Shown here: positions 9,714 through 19,107 of the stretch, in pieces
Layout of the letters: each line of letters starts with the position of its first letter
Numbering within the stretch: position 1 is the stretch's first letter
Assembly (NCBI GenBank): GCA_021811085.1
Contig: JAJZPQ010000006.1
Span: 4,914 to 68,913 of the forward strand
Direction of reading: 5' to 3'
DNA length: 64,000 nt
Source of the DNA: Pseudomonadota bacterium
GTDB taxonomy: Bacteria; Pseudomonadota; Gammaproteobacteria; Burkholderiales; SG8-39
The notes under the pieces: generated by a model
Seen by the model: the letters and a program-made list of their open reading frames with translations, nothing else
The model's database searches: none
Told to the model about the DNA's origin: nothing
Made by a program: the position numbers and the translations under genes

Positions 9714-10531
9714 ACGTCAGCAGCATTTGCGCGGGACGCGATCAGAGCGAACCGCTGCAGCGCCGCGCGAAGACGCAGCCAAGCTGCGATGCGCTCGCAT
9801 GCAGATATTGCGGCATCTATAAGCTGTGCCTGCCGCTCGGGCTGGAGCGCGCCGACTCGACCCTGCTCGACAGCATAGTCAGGCGCAAGGCGGTGTTCAA
9901 GCGCGGACAGCTGCTGTTCCGGCCGGGGCAGCGCTTCGAATACGTTTATGCCATCCGCAGCGGCTCGGTGAAGAGCTATCTATGTGCCGAAGACGGCCGC
10001 ACGCAGATAACCGGGTTTCACATCGCGGGCGAGCTGCTGGGCTTGAGCGCGTTCCCGGCGCGCGAGTACAGCTGCGAGGCGCGGGCGCTGGAGACGACCT
10101 CGGTGTGCATGGTGGACGCCGCCCGATTCGAGGAACTGGCCCAGGAAGTTCCGGCGCTGCAGTATCAAATGCTCATCATCATGAGCCGGCAGATTTGCCA
10201 AGACGAGGAATTGATGCTGTTGCTGGGCAAGCGCAGCGCCGAGGAGAAACTGGCGGGCTATCTGGTCGGGCTGTCGCGGCGCTACGCCAGCCGGAATTAT
10301 TCGCCCACCGAATTCCACCTGAGCATGTCGCGCGGCGATATCGGCAACTATCTGGGAATCGCCGAGGAGACGGTATGCCGCGTGCTGGCGCGCTTTCGCA
10401 AAGACAAGCTGATTACGACGCAGCGCAGGCACATCCGTCTCAATGACATCAAGCGGCTGAGCGCGATGGCAGACATCTTTGCTGGCGCGCGCACAGCGCA
10501 AGTGCGCAAGGCAGTCGCCGGCCCCGTCTAG
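9710..10531 (+). CDS. Crp/Fnr family regulator, FNR-type with N-terminal Cys cluster (paralog 1)
   Basis: The N-terminus has the Cys cluster SCDALACRYCGIYKLC. A cNMP-like barrel (YAIRSGSVKSY...ITGFHIAGELLG) and an HTH (RGDIGNYLGIAEETVCRVLARF) follow. The ATG overlaps the upstream stop (ATGA). Confidence 0.85.
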   Translation: MNVSSICAGRDQSEPLQRRAKTQPSCDALACRYCGIYKLCLPLGLERADSTLLDSIVRRKAVFKRGQLLFRPGQRFEYVYAIRSGSVKSYLCAEDGRTQITGFHIAGELLGLSAFPAREYSCEARALETTSVCMVDAARFEELAQEVPALQYQMLIIMSRQICQDEELMLLLGKRSAEEKLAGYLVGLSRRYASRNYSPTEFHLSMSRGDIGNYLGIAEETVCRVLARFRKDKLITTQRRHIRLNDIKRLSAMADIFAGARTAQVRKAVAGPV

Positions 10532-10691
10532 TCGCGGTCCGCGCCGGGCTTGGACCGCCGAAGTTGACGCAGGTCAGGGTTTCAAATCGAAAATAACATT
10601 ACTATTATTGTGGCTATTGGGGGCCACTTATCGCTTCCCGGCCTGGACCAGCCAGAGCAGGAGCGAAGCCGGATGCGCCGGGGGCAAGGGT

Positions 10692-10705
10692 CTGATCCAA
10701 ATCAA
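10692..10705. promoter_or_regulatory. candidate FNR/Anr box upstream of ccoN
   Basis: CTGATCCAAATCAA has one mismatch to TTGAT-N4-ATCAA. It lies about 90 nt upstream of the ccoN ATG. Confidence 0.6.
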
Positions 10706-10794
10706 AGGGGCGAGCCAAAGCGGTTGCTAAAGTCGCCCATGGGGGCATATTCAGCGCAAGCGGGTTTTTGTCAATCGATTACAGCGAGACGCGC

Positions 10795-12222
10795 ATGGAC
10801 AAGACGAATACATACAATTACACGGTAGTCAGGCAGTTCGCGCTGATGACGGTGGTGTGGGGCATTGTCGGCATGCTGGTGGGGGTGGTGATCGCGGCGC
10901 AGCTGCGCTGGCCCGAGCTCAATTTCAACATTCCCTGGCTCACCTACGGACGCTTGCGGCCGCTGCACACCAACGCGGTGATTTTCGCGTTTGGCGGTTC
11001 GGCGCTGTTCGCCAGTTCCTACTACGTGGTGCAGCGCACTTGCCACGCGCGGCTGTTTGCGGGCGGCCTCGCGGCTTTCACGTTCTGGGGCTGGCAGGCG
11101 GTGATCGTGCTCGCGGCGGTAACGCTGCCGCTGGGCTACACCACCGGCAAGGAATATGCCGAGCTCGAATGGCCGATCGACATTCTGATCACCCTGGTGT
11201 GGGTGGCCTACGCCGTCGTGTTTTTCGGCACCATCGCCAAACGCCGAACGCCGCATATCTACGTCGCGAACTGGTTTTTCGGCGCCTTTATCCTGACGAT
11301 CGCATTGCTGCACCTGGTCAACAGCGCCGAGGTTCCGGTCACGTTTTGGAAGTCCTACTCGGCCTACGCCGGGGTGCAGGATGCCATGGTGCAATGGTGG
11401 TACGGACATAACGCAGTCGGCTTTTTCCTGACCGCCGGGTTCCTCGGCATGATGTACTACTTCATTCCCAAGCAGGCCGGCCGCCCGGTGTATTCCTACC
11501 GGCTGTCGGTAGTGCATTTCTGGGCGTTGATCTTTACCTACATGTGGGCCGGCCCGCACCACTTGCACTACACCGCACTTCCGGACTGGGCGCAGTCGAT
11601 CGGCATGGTGTTCTCGCTGATCCTGCTGGCGCCGTCCTGGGGCGGGATGATCAACGGCATGATGACCTTGTCCGGCGCCTGGCACAAACTGCGGCAGGAT
11701 CCCATCCTCAAGTTCCTCATCGTGTCCTTGTCGTTTTACGGCATGTCGACGTTCGAGGGGCCGATGATGTCGATCAAGACCGTGAACGCGCTGTCGCACT
11801 ATACCGACTGGACCATAGGCCACGTGCATTCGGGGGCGCTCGGCTGGGTCGGTCTGGTGACCATGGGATCGATCTATTATTTGATCCCGCGCCTGTTCGG
11901 GCGCACCGAGATGCACAGCGTGCCGCTCATCAACACGCATTTCTGGATGGCCACGATCGGCATCGTGCTCTACATCGCCTCGATGTGGATCGCCGGCGTG
12001 ATGCAGGGCCTGATGTGGCGTGCGGTCAGCGACGACGGCACGCTCACCTATACGTTCGTCGAGGGCGTCAAGGCGACCTATCCGTTCTACACCATACGCC
12101 TGCTGGGCGGCCTGTTGTATCTCAGCGGCATGCTGGTGATGGCCTACAACGTGTGGAAGACGGTAGCGGGCCGACAGGCGGTGAACGCCACCATCCCGGC
12201 GGTTGCGCCAGCGCACGCCTGA
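10795..12222 (+). CDS. ccoN: cbb3-type cytochrome c oxidase subunit I
   Basis: Polytopic heme-copper oxidase subunit ([29 protein letters not shown]), followed by ccoO, ccoQ and ccoP. Confidence 0.95.
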   Translation: MDKTNTYNYTVVRQFALMTVVWGIVGMLVGVVIAAQLRWPELNFNIPWLTYGRLRPLHTNAVIFAFGGSALFASSYYVVQRTCHARLFAGGLAAFTFWGWQAVIVLAAVTLPLGYTTGKEYAELEWPIDILITLVWVAYAVVFFGTIAKRRTPHIYVANWFFGAFILTIALLHLVNSAEVPVTFWKSYSAYAGVQDAMVQWWYGHNAVGFFLTAGFLGMMYYFIPKQAGRPVYSYRLSVVHFWALIFTYMWAGPHHLHYTALPDWAQSIGMVFSLILLAPSWGGMINGMMTLSGAWHKLRQDPILKFLIVSLSFYGMSTFEGPMMSIKTVNALSHYTDWTIGHVHSGALGWVGLVTMGSIYYLIPRLFGRTEMHSVPLINTHFWMATIGIVLYIASMWIAGVMQGLMWRAVSDDGTLTYTFVEGVKATYPFYTIRLLGGLLYLSGMLVMAYNVWKTVAGRQAVNATIPAVAPAHA

Positions 12223-12237
12223 GCGGAGATAGAAATC

Positions 12238-12852
12238 ATGAATTTCAGTCACGAAATGATCGAGAAGAACAACGCCCTGATGATCGTGCTGATCATCCTG
12301 GTGGTGGCGGTCGGCGGTTTGGTGGAGATCGTGCCGCTGTATTTCCAGAAATCCACCACTGAACCGGTGGCCGGATTGAAACCCTACACGCCGGTGCAGC
12401 TGGCCGGGCGCGATATCTACCTGCGCGAAGGCTGCTACAACTGCCATTCGCAAATGATCCGGCCGTTCCGTGCCGAAACCGAGCGCTACGGCCACTACTC
12501 GGTGGCGGGGGAGTTTGTCTACGACCATCCGTTCCAGTGGGGCAGCAAGCGCACCGGGCCGGACCTGCAGCGCGTCGGCGGCAAGTACAGCGATGACTGG
12601 CACCGCACCCACCTCAACAATCCGCGCGATCTGGTGCCGGAATCGAACATGCCTGGCTATCCCTGGCTCGCCAAAACCCAGGTGCGCAGCGACGACATCG
12701 AGGCCAAGATGCGCGCACTGCGCAGCGTCGGCGTGCCCTACAGCGATGAAGACATCGCCGGCGCGCGCAAACTGCTCGCCGGCAAGACCGAGCAGGATGT
12801 ATTGATCGCCTACCTGCAGGTGCTCGGCACCGCGCTCAAGACGGTGAGGTAG
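12238..12852 (+). CDS. ccoO: cbb3-type cytochrome c oxidase subunit II (monoheme)
   Basis: One N-terminal TM segment, the heme motif CYNCHS, and a conserved FixO-type sequence. Confidence 0.95.
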   Translation: MNFSHEMIEKNNALMIVLIILVVAVGGLVEIVPLYFQKSTTEPVAGLKPYTPVQLAGRDIYLREGCYNCHSQMIRPFRAETERYGHYSVAGEFVYDHPFQWGSKRTGPDLQRVGGKYSDDWHRTHLNNPRDLVPESNMPGYPWLAKTQVRSDDIEAKMRALRSVGVPYSDEDIAGARKLLAGKTEQDVLIAYLQVLGTALKTVR

Positions 12853-12854
12853 CC

Positions 12855-13022
12855 ATGGATATCAATACGCTGCGCAGTGTCATTACCGTGGTGTCCTTCG
12901 CGATATTCATAGCCATCGTCCTATGGGCGTACAGCGGGCGCAGCAAGGCGGCATTCGACCAGGCGGCGCGCCTGCCATTCGATGAAGAGGACGAAGCGAT
13001 CGAATACGGAGAGCGGAAATGA
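12855..13022 (+). CDS. ccoQ: cbb3-type cytochrome oxidase small subunit CcoQ
   Basis: 55-aa ORF found by hand; it is below the track cutoff. MDINTLRSVITVVSFAIFIAIVLWAYSGRSKAAFDQAARLPFDEEDEAIEYGERK. It sits between ccoO and ccoP, and its stop overlaps the ccoP ATG. Confidence 0.8.
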   Translation: MDINTLRSVITVVSFAIFIAIVLWAYSGRSKAAFDQAARLPFDEEDEAIEYGERK

Positions 13023-13957
13023 GCGATTTCACCGGCGGTTTCTGGAGCATCTATATCAGCATCATCACGATCGTGAGCATCATCGCCTGCGGCGTGCTGT
13101 TGCAGGTGATGAGCACGCGCAAGGTGTCCGGGTCGAAGGTGGAAACGACGGGACATGCCTGGGACGAGGATCTGGTCGAATTCAACAACCCGCTGCCGCG
13201 CTGGTGGATCTGGCTGTTTTATATAACCATCGTCTTCGCCCTGGCTTACCTCGCGCTTTATCCGGGGCTGGGCACCTACAGCGGCTCGTACGGATGGACC
13301 TCGAAAAAGCAATATGAAGAAGAGGTGGCCAAGGCCGAGGCCCAGTCGGCGCCGATTTACGACAAATACGTCAAGACCGACTTGAAGCAGCTGGCGGCCG
13401 ATCCCGCGGCGCGCGCGCTTGGGCAAAAGCTGTTCCTGAACAATTGTGCGCAATGCCACTCGTCGGACGCGCGTGGCGGCAAAGGCTACCCGAACCTGAC
13501 CGATGCGGACTGGATCTATGGCGGCGAGCCGGAGACGATCAAGGAGACGATCCTGAAGGGCCGGCAAGCCGTGATGCCTCCCTGGGGTCCGGTGCTGGGC
13601 GACGACGGGGTCAAGGACATGGCCCACTACGTGCTCTCGCTCAATGGCAGAACCTACGATCCCCTGCGCGCGGCGCGCGGCAAGGAGAAATTTGCCACCA
13701 CCTGCGTTGCTTGCCACGGTCCGGAAGCGAAAGGCAATCCGGCCATAGGTGCGGAAAACCTCACTAAGGTGGCCCTGCTCTATGGTGCGGACGAACCCTC
13801 GCTGATCGAGACGATCAGCAAGGGCCGCATGAGCACCATGCCGGCGCAAAAGGAACTCTTGGGCGAGGCCAAGGTGCACATACTCGCTGCCTATGTCTGG
13901 GGCCTCTCGAATTCAGCAGGGACTGCCGCGCCGCCGGCCAAACCCAGTGCGCAGTAG
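13019..13957 (+). CDS. ccoP: cbb3-type cytochrome c oxidase subunit III (diheme)
   Basis: N-terminal TM segment and two heme c motifs (CAQCHS, CVACHG). Confidence 0.95.
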   Translation: MSDFTGGFWSIYISIITIVSIIACGVLLQVMSTRKVSGSKVETTGHAWDEDLVEFNNPLPRWWIWLFYITIVFALAYLALYPGLGTYSGSYGWTSKKQYEEEVAKAEAQSAPIYDKYVKTDLKQLAADPAARALGQKLFLNNCAQCHSSDARGGKGYPNLTDADWIYGGEPETIKETILKGRQAVMPPWGPVLGDDGVKDMAHYVLSLNGRTYDPLRAARGKEKFATTCVACHGPEAKGNPAIGAENLTKVALLYGADEPSLIETISKGRMSTMPAQKELLGEAKVHILAAYVWGLSNSAGTAAPPAKPSAQ

Positions 13958-14080
13958 TCCCGGCGCCGCCCCTGCCCGGGCGCGCCGCAATATACCGGAC
14001 GAGTTCGAAGCGGCTGTGCTGCCGCCCGTTGCCGGGACGCCACGGACGGGGCGTGCGGGCATATTTCAAGGCAAACAGCA

Positions 14081-15532
14081 GTGAACGACAGACCCAAGGA
14101 AGCGGACTTGATCCAGGCGGAAGAGGTGGTCGAGCAGCCGCTATACGAGGTCCGCAAGGAAATCTACGCGCGCGCAGTCAGCGGATGGTTCGCGCGCTGG
14201 CGCTGGGCGCTGGTATTTTTCACGCAGCTGGTGTTCTACGGCGGGCCGTGGTTGATCTGGAACGGGCGCCAGGCGGTGCTGTTCGACCTGGTCGCGCGCA
14301 AGTTCTATATTTTCGGCATCGTTTTCTGGCCGCAGGACTTCATCTACCTCACCGGACTGCTGGTCGTATCCGCGCTGTCGCTGTTCCTGTTTACCGCAGT
14401 CGCCGGGCGACTGTGGTGCGGTTACGCCTGCCCGCAAACGGTATATACCGAGATATTCATGTGGATCGAGCGCAAGGTCGAAGGCGACCGCTCGGCGCGC
14501 ATGCGGCTCGATCAGGCGCCGATGTCGCCGCGCAAATTGGCGCTCAAGGCGACCAAGCACGGCCTGTGGATCCTGTTGTCGCTGTGGACCGGATTTACTT
14601 TCGTCGGCTACTTCACGCCTATCCATCAACTCGCCGCGGAGGTCGGCGCTCTGCTTGCCTCCGGAGCGCAGGCCGGCGCGCCCACGCTGGGCGCGTGGGA
14701 GATATTCTGGGTGCTGTTTTACGGCTTTGCCACCTACGGCAATGCGGGCTGGATGCGCGAGCAGGTGTGCAAGTACATGTGCCCCTATGCGCGCTTCCAG
14801 AGCGCCATGTTCGATCCGGATACCCTGGTCATTACCTACGATCGCGAGCGCGGCGAACCGCGCGGCCCGCGCGCGCGCAGGCTCGAACCCAAGTCTCTGG
14901 GGCTGGGGCATTGCGTCGACTGCGATATCTGCGTTCAAGTCTGTCCCACGGGGATCGACATACGCAACGGGCTGCAATACGAATGCATAGGCTGCGCGGC
15001 CTGCATCGACGGCTGCAATCAGGTGATGGCGAGAATGGGTTATCCCAAGGGCCTGATCCGCTACACCACCGAGAACGCGCTGCAGCAGAAGTTGACCGGG
15101 CGCCAGATCATCGCGCGCGCGCTGCGTCCGCGCGTGCTCATTTACACCGCGATCCTGTGGGCCATAATCCTGGCGATAGCGGTGACGCTGTACACGCGCG
15201 TGTCGCTCAAGGTGGATGTGATCCGCGACCGGGCGAGCCTGTCGCGCGAGGTCGACGGCCGCTGGGTGGAAAACATCTACCAGCTGCAAATCATGAATAC
15301 GCAGGAGAAGCCGCACCGCTTCATCATCCGCGCGAGCGGAGCGGACACGCTGCAGGTGGCCGACGCGGACACGGTGGATATCCCCGGCGCGACCACGCGC
15401 ATGGTGCCGGTGCGGCTGCGCATCGAGATGGGCAAGTTGCCGCCCGGGTCGCATAAAATCGAATTCGAAATCAGCGCGACGGACGACGCCGCCCTGATCG
15501 CGCGCGAGCGCTCGATATTCCTGGTGAGATGA
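14081..15532 (+). CDS. ccoG: cytochrome c oxidase accessory protein CcoG (4Fe-4S ferredoxin-type membrane protein)
   Basis: TM segments plus CVDCDICVQVCP and CIGCAACIDGC ferredoxin motifs. Located immediately after ccoP. Confidence 0.9.
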   Translation: MNDRPKEADLIQAEEVVEQPLYEVRKEIYARAVSGWFARWRWALVFFTQLVFYGGPWLIWNGRQAVLFDLVARKFYIFGIVFWPQDFIYLTGLLVVSALSLFLFTAVAGRLWCGYACPQTVYTEIFMWIERKVEGDRSARMRLDQAPMSPRKLALKATKHGLWILLSLWTGFTFVGYFTPIHQLAAEVGALLASGAQAGAPTLGAWEIFWVLFYGFATYGNAGWMREQVCKYMCPYARFQSAMFDPDTLVITYDRERGEPRGPRARRLEPKSLGLGHCVDCDICVQVCPTGIDIRNGLQYECIGCAACIDGCNQVMARMGYPKGLIRYTTENALQQKLTGRQIIARALRPRVLIYTAILWAIILAIAVTLYTRVSLKVDVIRDRASLSREVDGRWVENIYQLQIMNTQEKPHRFIIRASGADTLQVADADTVDIPGATTRMVPVRLRIEMGKLPPGSHKIEFEISATDDAALIARERSIFLVR

Positions 15533-15539
15533 GGTGGAG

Positions 15540-16070
15540 ATGAACGCGAACGGCGTGCGCGCACAACCCTGGTATCGCGAACCCTGGCCGTGGATACTGA
15601 TGGCCGGTCCGGCGGCAGTCGTGGTCGCCAGTTTCTTTACTGCCTGGCTTGCCGTGCGCAGCGACGACGGGCTGGTGGCGGACGATTATTACAAACAGGG
15701 CCTCACCATCAACAAGACGCTGCGGCGCAGCGAGACCGCCGAACGCCTGGGCATCAAAGCGGAACTCACGCTCGTCGATGGCCGCGTGCGGGTGCAGCTC
15801 GGCGGCGCGCGCAGCGGCGCGCTGACGCTGCTGCTGGCGCATCCTACGCGTGCGGGCATGGATCAGAAAGTGAAACTGAGCATGGTGCAGCCGGGTGTCT
15901 ACGAGGGGCAGCTGCAGCCGCTGCGGGCCGGGCGCTGGCATGTGTTTCTGGAGCAGAGCGACTGGCGCCTCGAGGGCGACTGGATGCTGCCCGCGACGGG
16001 TGCGCTGGCGCTCGACGCTCACACACAGTTGCCGGCGGGCGAGGAGTATCCGAAGGGGGGCGGACGATGA
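15540..16070 (+). CDS. ccoH: FixH/CcoH family protein
   Basis: N-terminus PWYREPWPWILMAGPAAVVVASF..DDGLVADDYYKQGL is typical of FixH. A GTG at 15534 is an alternative start. Confidence 0.8.
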   Translation: MNANGVRAQPWYREPWPWILMAGPAAVVVASFFTAWLAVRSDDGLVADDYYKQGLTINKTLRRSETAERLGIKAELTLVDGRVRVQLGGARSGALTLLLAHPTRAGMDQKVKLSMVQPGVYEGQLQPLRAGRWHVFLEQSDWRLEGDWMLPATGALALDAHTQLPAGEEYPKGGGR

Positions 16071-16366
16071 CGCAGAGACTGATGTGGATCCTGTGGCCGG
16101 CGTTTTTGGTCGCAGGGGTAGCCGACGGGATCATCTTCACCTTGTTCGATCCGCGCGACATGCAGGTGTTCGGCGAATCCGTGAATCTTGGTCGGACGGC
16201 GGTCTATTCGATCGGTTTCTTTGTGTTTTGGGCTTTCGCTGCGGCATCGAGTGCGCTAACCTGTTTCCTGCAGCGCTCGCCGTTCGAAGTGAACCGCTGT
16301 CCGCTGCCGCAGGCCCAAAGGCCGGAAGGCTGCCCCCGGCGCGGCCAGCCGGGCGGGTGCTGCTGA
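16067..16366 (+). CDS. small membrane protein with Cys-rich C-terminal tail, unknown function
   Basis: 99 aa: MTQRLMWILWPAFLVAGVADGIIF...FFVFWAFAAASSALTCF...CPLPQAQRPEGCPRRGQPGGCC. The ATG overlaps the ccoH stop (ATGA). It is in frame inside the track ORF 15590..16366. Confidence 0.55.
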   Translation: MTQRLMWILWPAFLVAGVADGIIFTLFDPRDMQVFGESVNLGRTAVYSIGFFVFWAFAAASSALTCFLQRSPFEVNRCPLPQAQRPEGCPRRGQPGGCC

Positions 16367-16388
16367 TCACTTCTCTAAAGGAGATATC

Positions 16389-16832
16389 ATGTTCAAGAAC
16401 ATACTGATTCCGACGGATGGCTCGAAATTGTCGGCGCGTGCGATTAAATCCGGAATAGTTTTCGCCAAAAGCATCAAGGCTGAGATTACAGGCTGCTACG
16501 TGGTCGAGCCGTTCCAGCCGTATTATTTCGGCGATTACATCCCGCCGGACATGCCCACGCCCAAGGAATTCGAGCGCCATGCGCGTGAGGCGGGGGAGAA
16601 ATACCTGGAGTACATCGCAGCGGCGGCGCGCGCCGCCAGGGTGAAGTACCGCGGCTCGGTGGTGATGGCCGATACGCCTTACGCGGGCATCATCAGCGCG
16701 GCGAGGAAGGGGAAGTGCGACCTGATTTTCATGGCCTCGCACGGCCGCAGCGGCCTGTCGGGCGTTCTGTTGGGCAGCGAAACCCACAAGGTGCTGACCC
16801 ACAGCAAGATACCGGTGCTGGTCTACCGCTAA
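16389..16832 (+). CDS. universal stress protein (UspA family)
   Basis: MFKNILIPTDGS...DLIFMASHGRSGLSGVLLGSETHKVLTHSKIPVLV. The GGAG RBS is in place. Confidence 0.9.
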   Translation: MFKNILIPTDGSKLSARAIKSGIVFAKSIKAEITGCYVVEPFQPYYFGDYIPPDMPTPKEFERHAREAGEKYLEYIAAAARAARVKYRGSVVMADTPYAGIISAARKGKCDLIFMASHGRSGLSGVLLGSETHKVLTHSKIPVLVYR

Positions 16833-16870
16833 GAGACTGTTAGGGGGCGTTTCCCCTGGTTCGCGCGGTG

Positions 16871-17614
16871 CTAGGCCGGATCGCGGCCGAGTACGCTCTT
16901 CAGGCCTTCGCTGTCGAGGATGCGTATGTTCTTTTGCTGCACGCCGATCAGGCCGTCTTCCTGGAACTTGGAGAAGGTACGGCTGACGGTCTCCAGTTTC
17001 AGGCCGAGGTAGCTGCCGATTTCCTCGCGCGTCATGCGCAAATTGAATTCAGAGGCGGAATAGCCGCGCGAGGTGAAGCGCTGCGACAGATTGAGCAGGA
17101 ACGCGGCCAGCCGCTCCTCCGCGCGCATGCTGCCCAGGAGCAGCATCACGCCGTGCTCGCGTACGATTTCGCGGCTCATGACTTTGTGAAAGTGCTGCTG
17201 CAGCATGAACATTTCACGCGACAGTTCTTCCAGGCGGCCGTAGGGAATGACGCAGACCTCGCTGTCCTCAAGCGCGACGGCGTTGCAGGAATGCTGGTCC
17301 GATCCGATGCCGTCCATGCCGAGCATGTCGCCGGCCATATGAAAGCCGGTGACCTGATCGCGGCCGTCTTCCATCACCAGGGTGGTTTTGAAAAAACCGC
17401 TGCGTATGGCGTAGAGGGACCCGAATTTCTCTTCGGAACGATAGACACTGTCGCCGCGCTTGACGCGTTTGCGCGTATAGACCATTTGGTCCAGTTTTTC
17501 GATCTCGTCCTGGCTGAGTCCGGTCGGCAGGCACATCTCGCGCAAACTGCAGTTCGAGCAGGCACTCTTGAGCGCGCGTATGTCGATTACGCGGGCTAGT
17601 TTGGGGGCGCTCAT
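16871..17614 (-). CDS. fnr: Fnr/Anr-type oxygen-sensing transcriptional regulator (paralog 2)
   Basis: MSAPKLARVIDIRALKSACSNCSLREMC provides the C-x2-C-x5-C cluster. YAIRSGFFKT..VTGFHMAGDMLG follows, and the recognition helix is the canonical ETVSR. I prefer the ATG at 17614 to the track GTG at 17650. Confidence 0.9.
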   Translation of the reverse strand: MSAPKLARVIDIRALKSACSNCSLREMCLPTGLSQDEIEKLDQMVYTRKRVKRGDSVYRSEEKFGSLYAIRSGFFKTTLVMEDGRDQVTGFHMAGDMLGMDGIGSDQHSCNAVALEDSEVCVIPYGRLEELSREMFMLQQHFHKVMSREIVREHGVMLLLGSMRAEERLAAFLLNLSQRFTSRGYSASEFNLRMTREEIGSYLGLKLETVSRTFSKFQEDGLIGVQQKNIRILDSEGLKSVLGRDPA

Positions 17615-17641
17615 GCCAGCTGCGCGTAAGGGAGTATTGGT

Positions 17642-17655
17642 TTGATCCACATCAA
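17642..17655. promoter_or_regulatory. consensus FNR/Anr box in the divergent fnr-hemN intergenic region
   Basis: TTGATCCACATCAA is a perfect TTGAT-N4-ATCAA. It lies about 55 nt upstream of the hemN ATG and about 28 nt upstream of the fnr ATG. Confidence 0.75.
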
Positions 17656-17709
17656 CATTTCCGTCTTGGATTTCGGCAGACTTGGCCGATGAAAGTAACT
17701 GCCTTACGC

Positions 17710-19104
17710 ATGAATCCGCCCCAGAATAACCTCCAGGTTGATGCCGAGTTATTGAGAAAATTCAATATCAGCGGCCCGCGCTACACTTCGTATCCGACCG
17801 CAGACCGCTTTGTCGAGGCTTTCGACGAGGCCGCGTATCGCAGCTGGCTGGCGAAACGAAACGTCGGCGGCATGGCCAGATCGCTCGCATTATACGTCCA
17901 CTTGCCTTTTTGCGACACTATTTGCTACTACTGCGGTTGTAACAAGATCGTCACCAAGGACCATGGCCGTTCAGCTAAGTATCTGAAGTATTTGGGTTGG
18001 GAGATCCGCATGCAGAGCGCCGAGCTGGGTGGCCGGCGGCGCGTGACGCAAATGCATTGGGGCGGGGGCACGCCTACTTTTCTAAGCCAAGCCGAACTCA
18101 CCGAGCTGATGCAGATGATACGCGAGAGCTTCGATCTCGATGCGCACGGCGAATTTTCGATCGAAGTGGATCCGCGCAAGGTCGGGGCGGAAAAAGTGGC
18201 GCTGCTGGGCCAGTTGGGCATGAACCGCATCAGCGTCGGAGTGCAGGATTTCAATCCCGAAGTGCAGCGCGCCGTCAATCGCATGCAGAGCGTGGAAGAG
18301 ACGGTCACGGTGATCGACGCGGCGCGCAAGCACGGTTTCCAATCCGTCAACATCGATCTGATCTACGGTCTGCCCAGGCAAACGCTGGAAGGTTTCAGCG
18401 CGACGCTGGCGCAGGTGATCGCGTGCTCGCCGGACCGCATTGCACTGTATAACTACGCGCATCTGCCGGCCGTGTTCAAGCCGCAGCGGCGGATTCTGGA
18501 TGCCGACCTGCCGCAGCCTGAGGTAAAGCTTCAGCTCATGATCATGGCGATCGAAACGCTGCTGGAAGCGGGCTATGTCTACATCGGCATGGATCATTTC
18601 TCCAAGCCGGACGACGACCTTGCGGTGGCGCAGCGGCAAGGCCGCCTGTACCGCAATTTTCAGGGCTACTCGACCTACGGCGACTGCGACCTGATCGGAT
18701 TGGGTGTATCGGCGATAGGAAAAATCGGCCCGACCTACAGCCAGAACGTGCGCACCTTGGATGAGTATTACGACCGCCTCGACAATGACCTGCTGCCGGT
18801 GATGCGCGGCATCGAAGTCACTGCCGACGATCTGGTGCGGCGCGCCGTGATCCAGGCGTTGTCCTGCCATTTCGAGTTGTCGATGGAGGCGATCGGAATC
18901 GCGCACCTGATCGATTTTCCCAGCTATTTCGCCACCGAGCTGGCGGAGTTGCGCGCGTATGCCAAGGACGGGCTGGTGGAAATCGACGGCGATTGGATCG
19001 TGGTCACGCCCAAAGGCCGGCTGCTGGTGCGCATTCTGTGCATGGTGTTCGACAAATACCTGCGCCAGGCAAGCAGGCGCGCGAGTTATTCCAAGGTCAT
19101 CTAG
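17710..19104 (+). CDS. hemN: oxygen-independent coproporphyrinogen III oxidase (radical SAM)
   Basis: GPRYTSYPTADRF and the radical-SAM motif CDTICYYCGC, with the length and C-terminal domain typical of HemN. Confidence 0.9.
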   Translation: MNPPQNNLQVDAELLRKFNISGPRYTSYPTADRFVEAFDEAAYRSWLAKRNVGGMARSLALYVHLPFCDTICYYCGCNKIVTKDHGRSAKYLKYLGWEIRMQSAELGGRRRVTQMHWGGGTPTFLSQAELTELMQMIRESFDLDAHGEFSIEVDPRKVGAEKVALLGQLGMNRISVGVQDFNPEVQRAVNRMQSVEETVTVIDAARKHGFQSVNIDLIYGLPRQTLEGFSATLAQVIACSPDRIALYNYAHLPAVFKPQRRILDADLPQPEVKLQLMIMAIETLLEAGYVYIGMDHFSKPDDDLAVAQRQGRLYRNFQGYSTYGDCDLIGLGVSAIGKIGPTYSQNVRTLDEYYDRLDNDLLPVMRGIEVTADDLVRRAVIQALSCHFELSMEAIGIAHLIDFPSYFATELAELRAYAKDGLVEIDGDWIVVTPKGRLLVRILCMVFDKYLRQASRRASYSKVI

Positions 19105-19107
19105 ACC

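Noticed and set aside
10564-10577. Second FNR-like site TTGACGCAGGTCAG upstream of ccoN
   Set aside because: There are two mismatches in the critical half-sites (TTGAC/GTCAG versus TTGAT/ATCAA), and it lies about 220 nt from the start codon. The box at 10692 is the better candidate.
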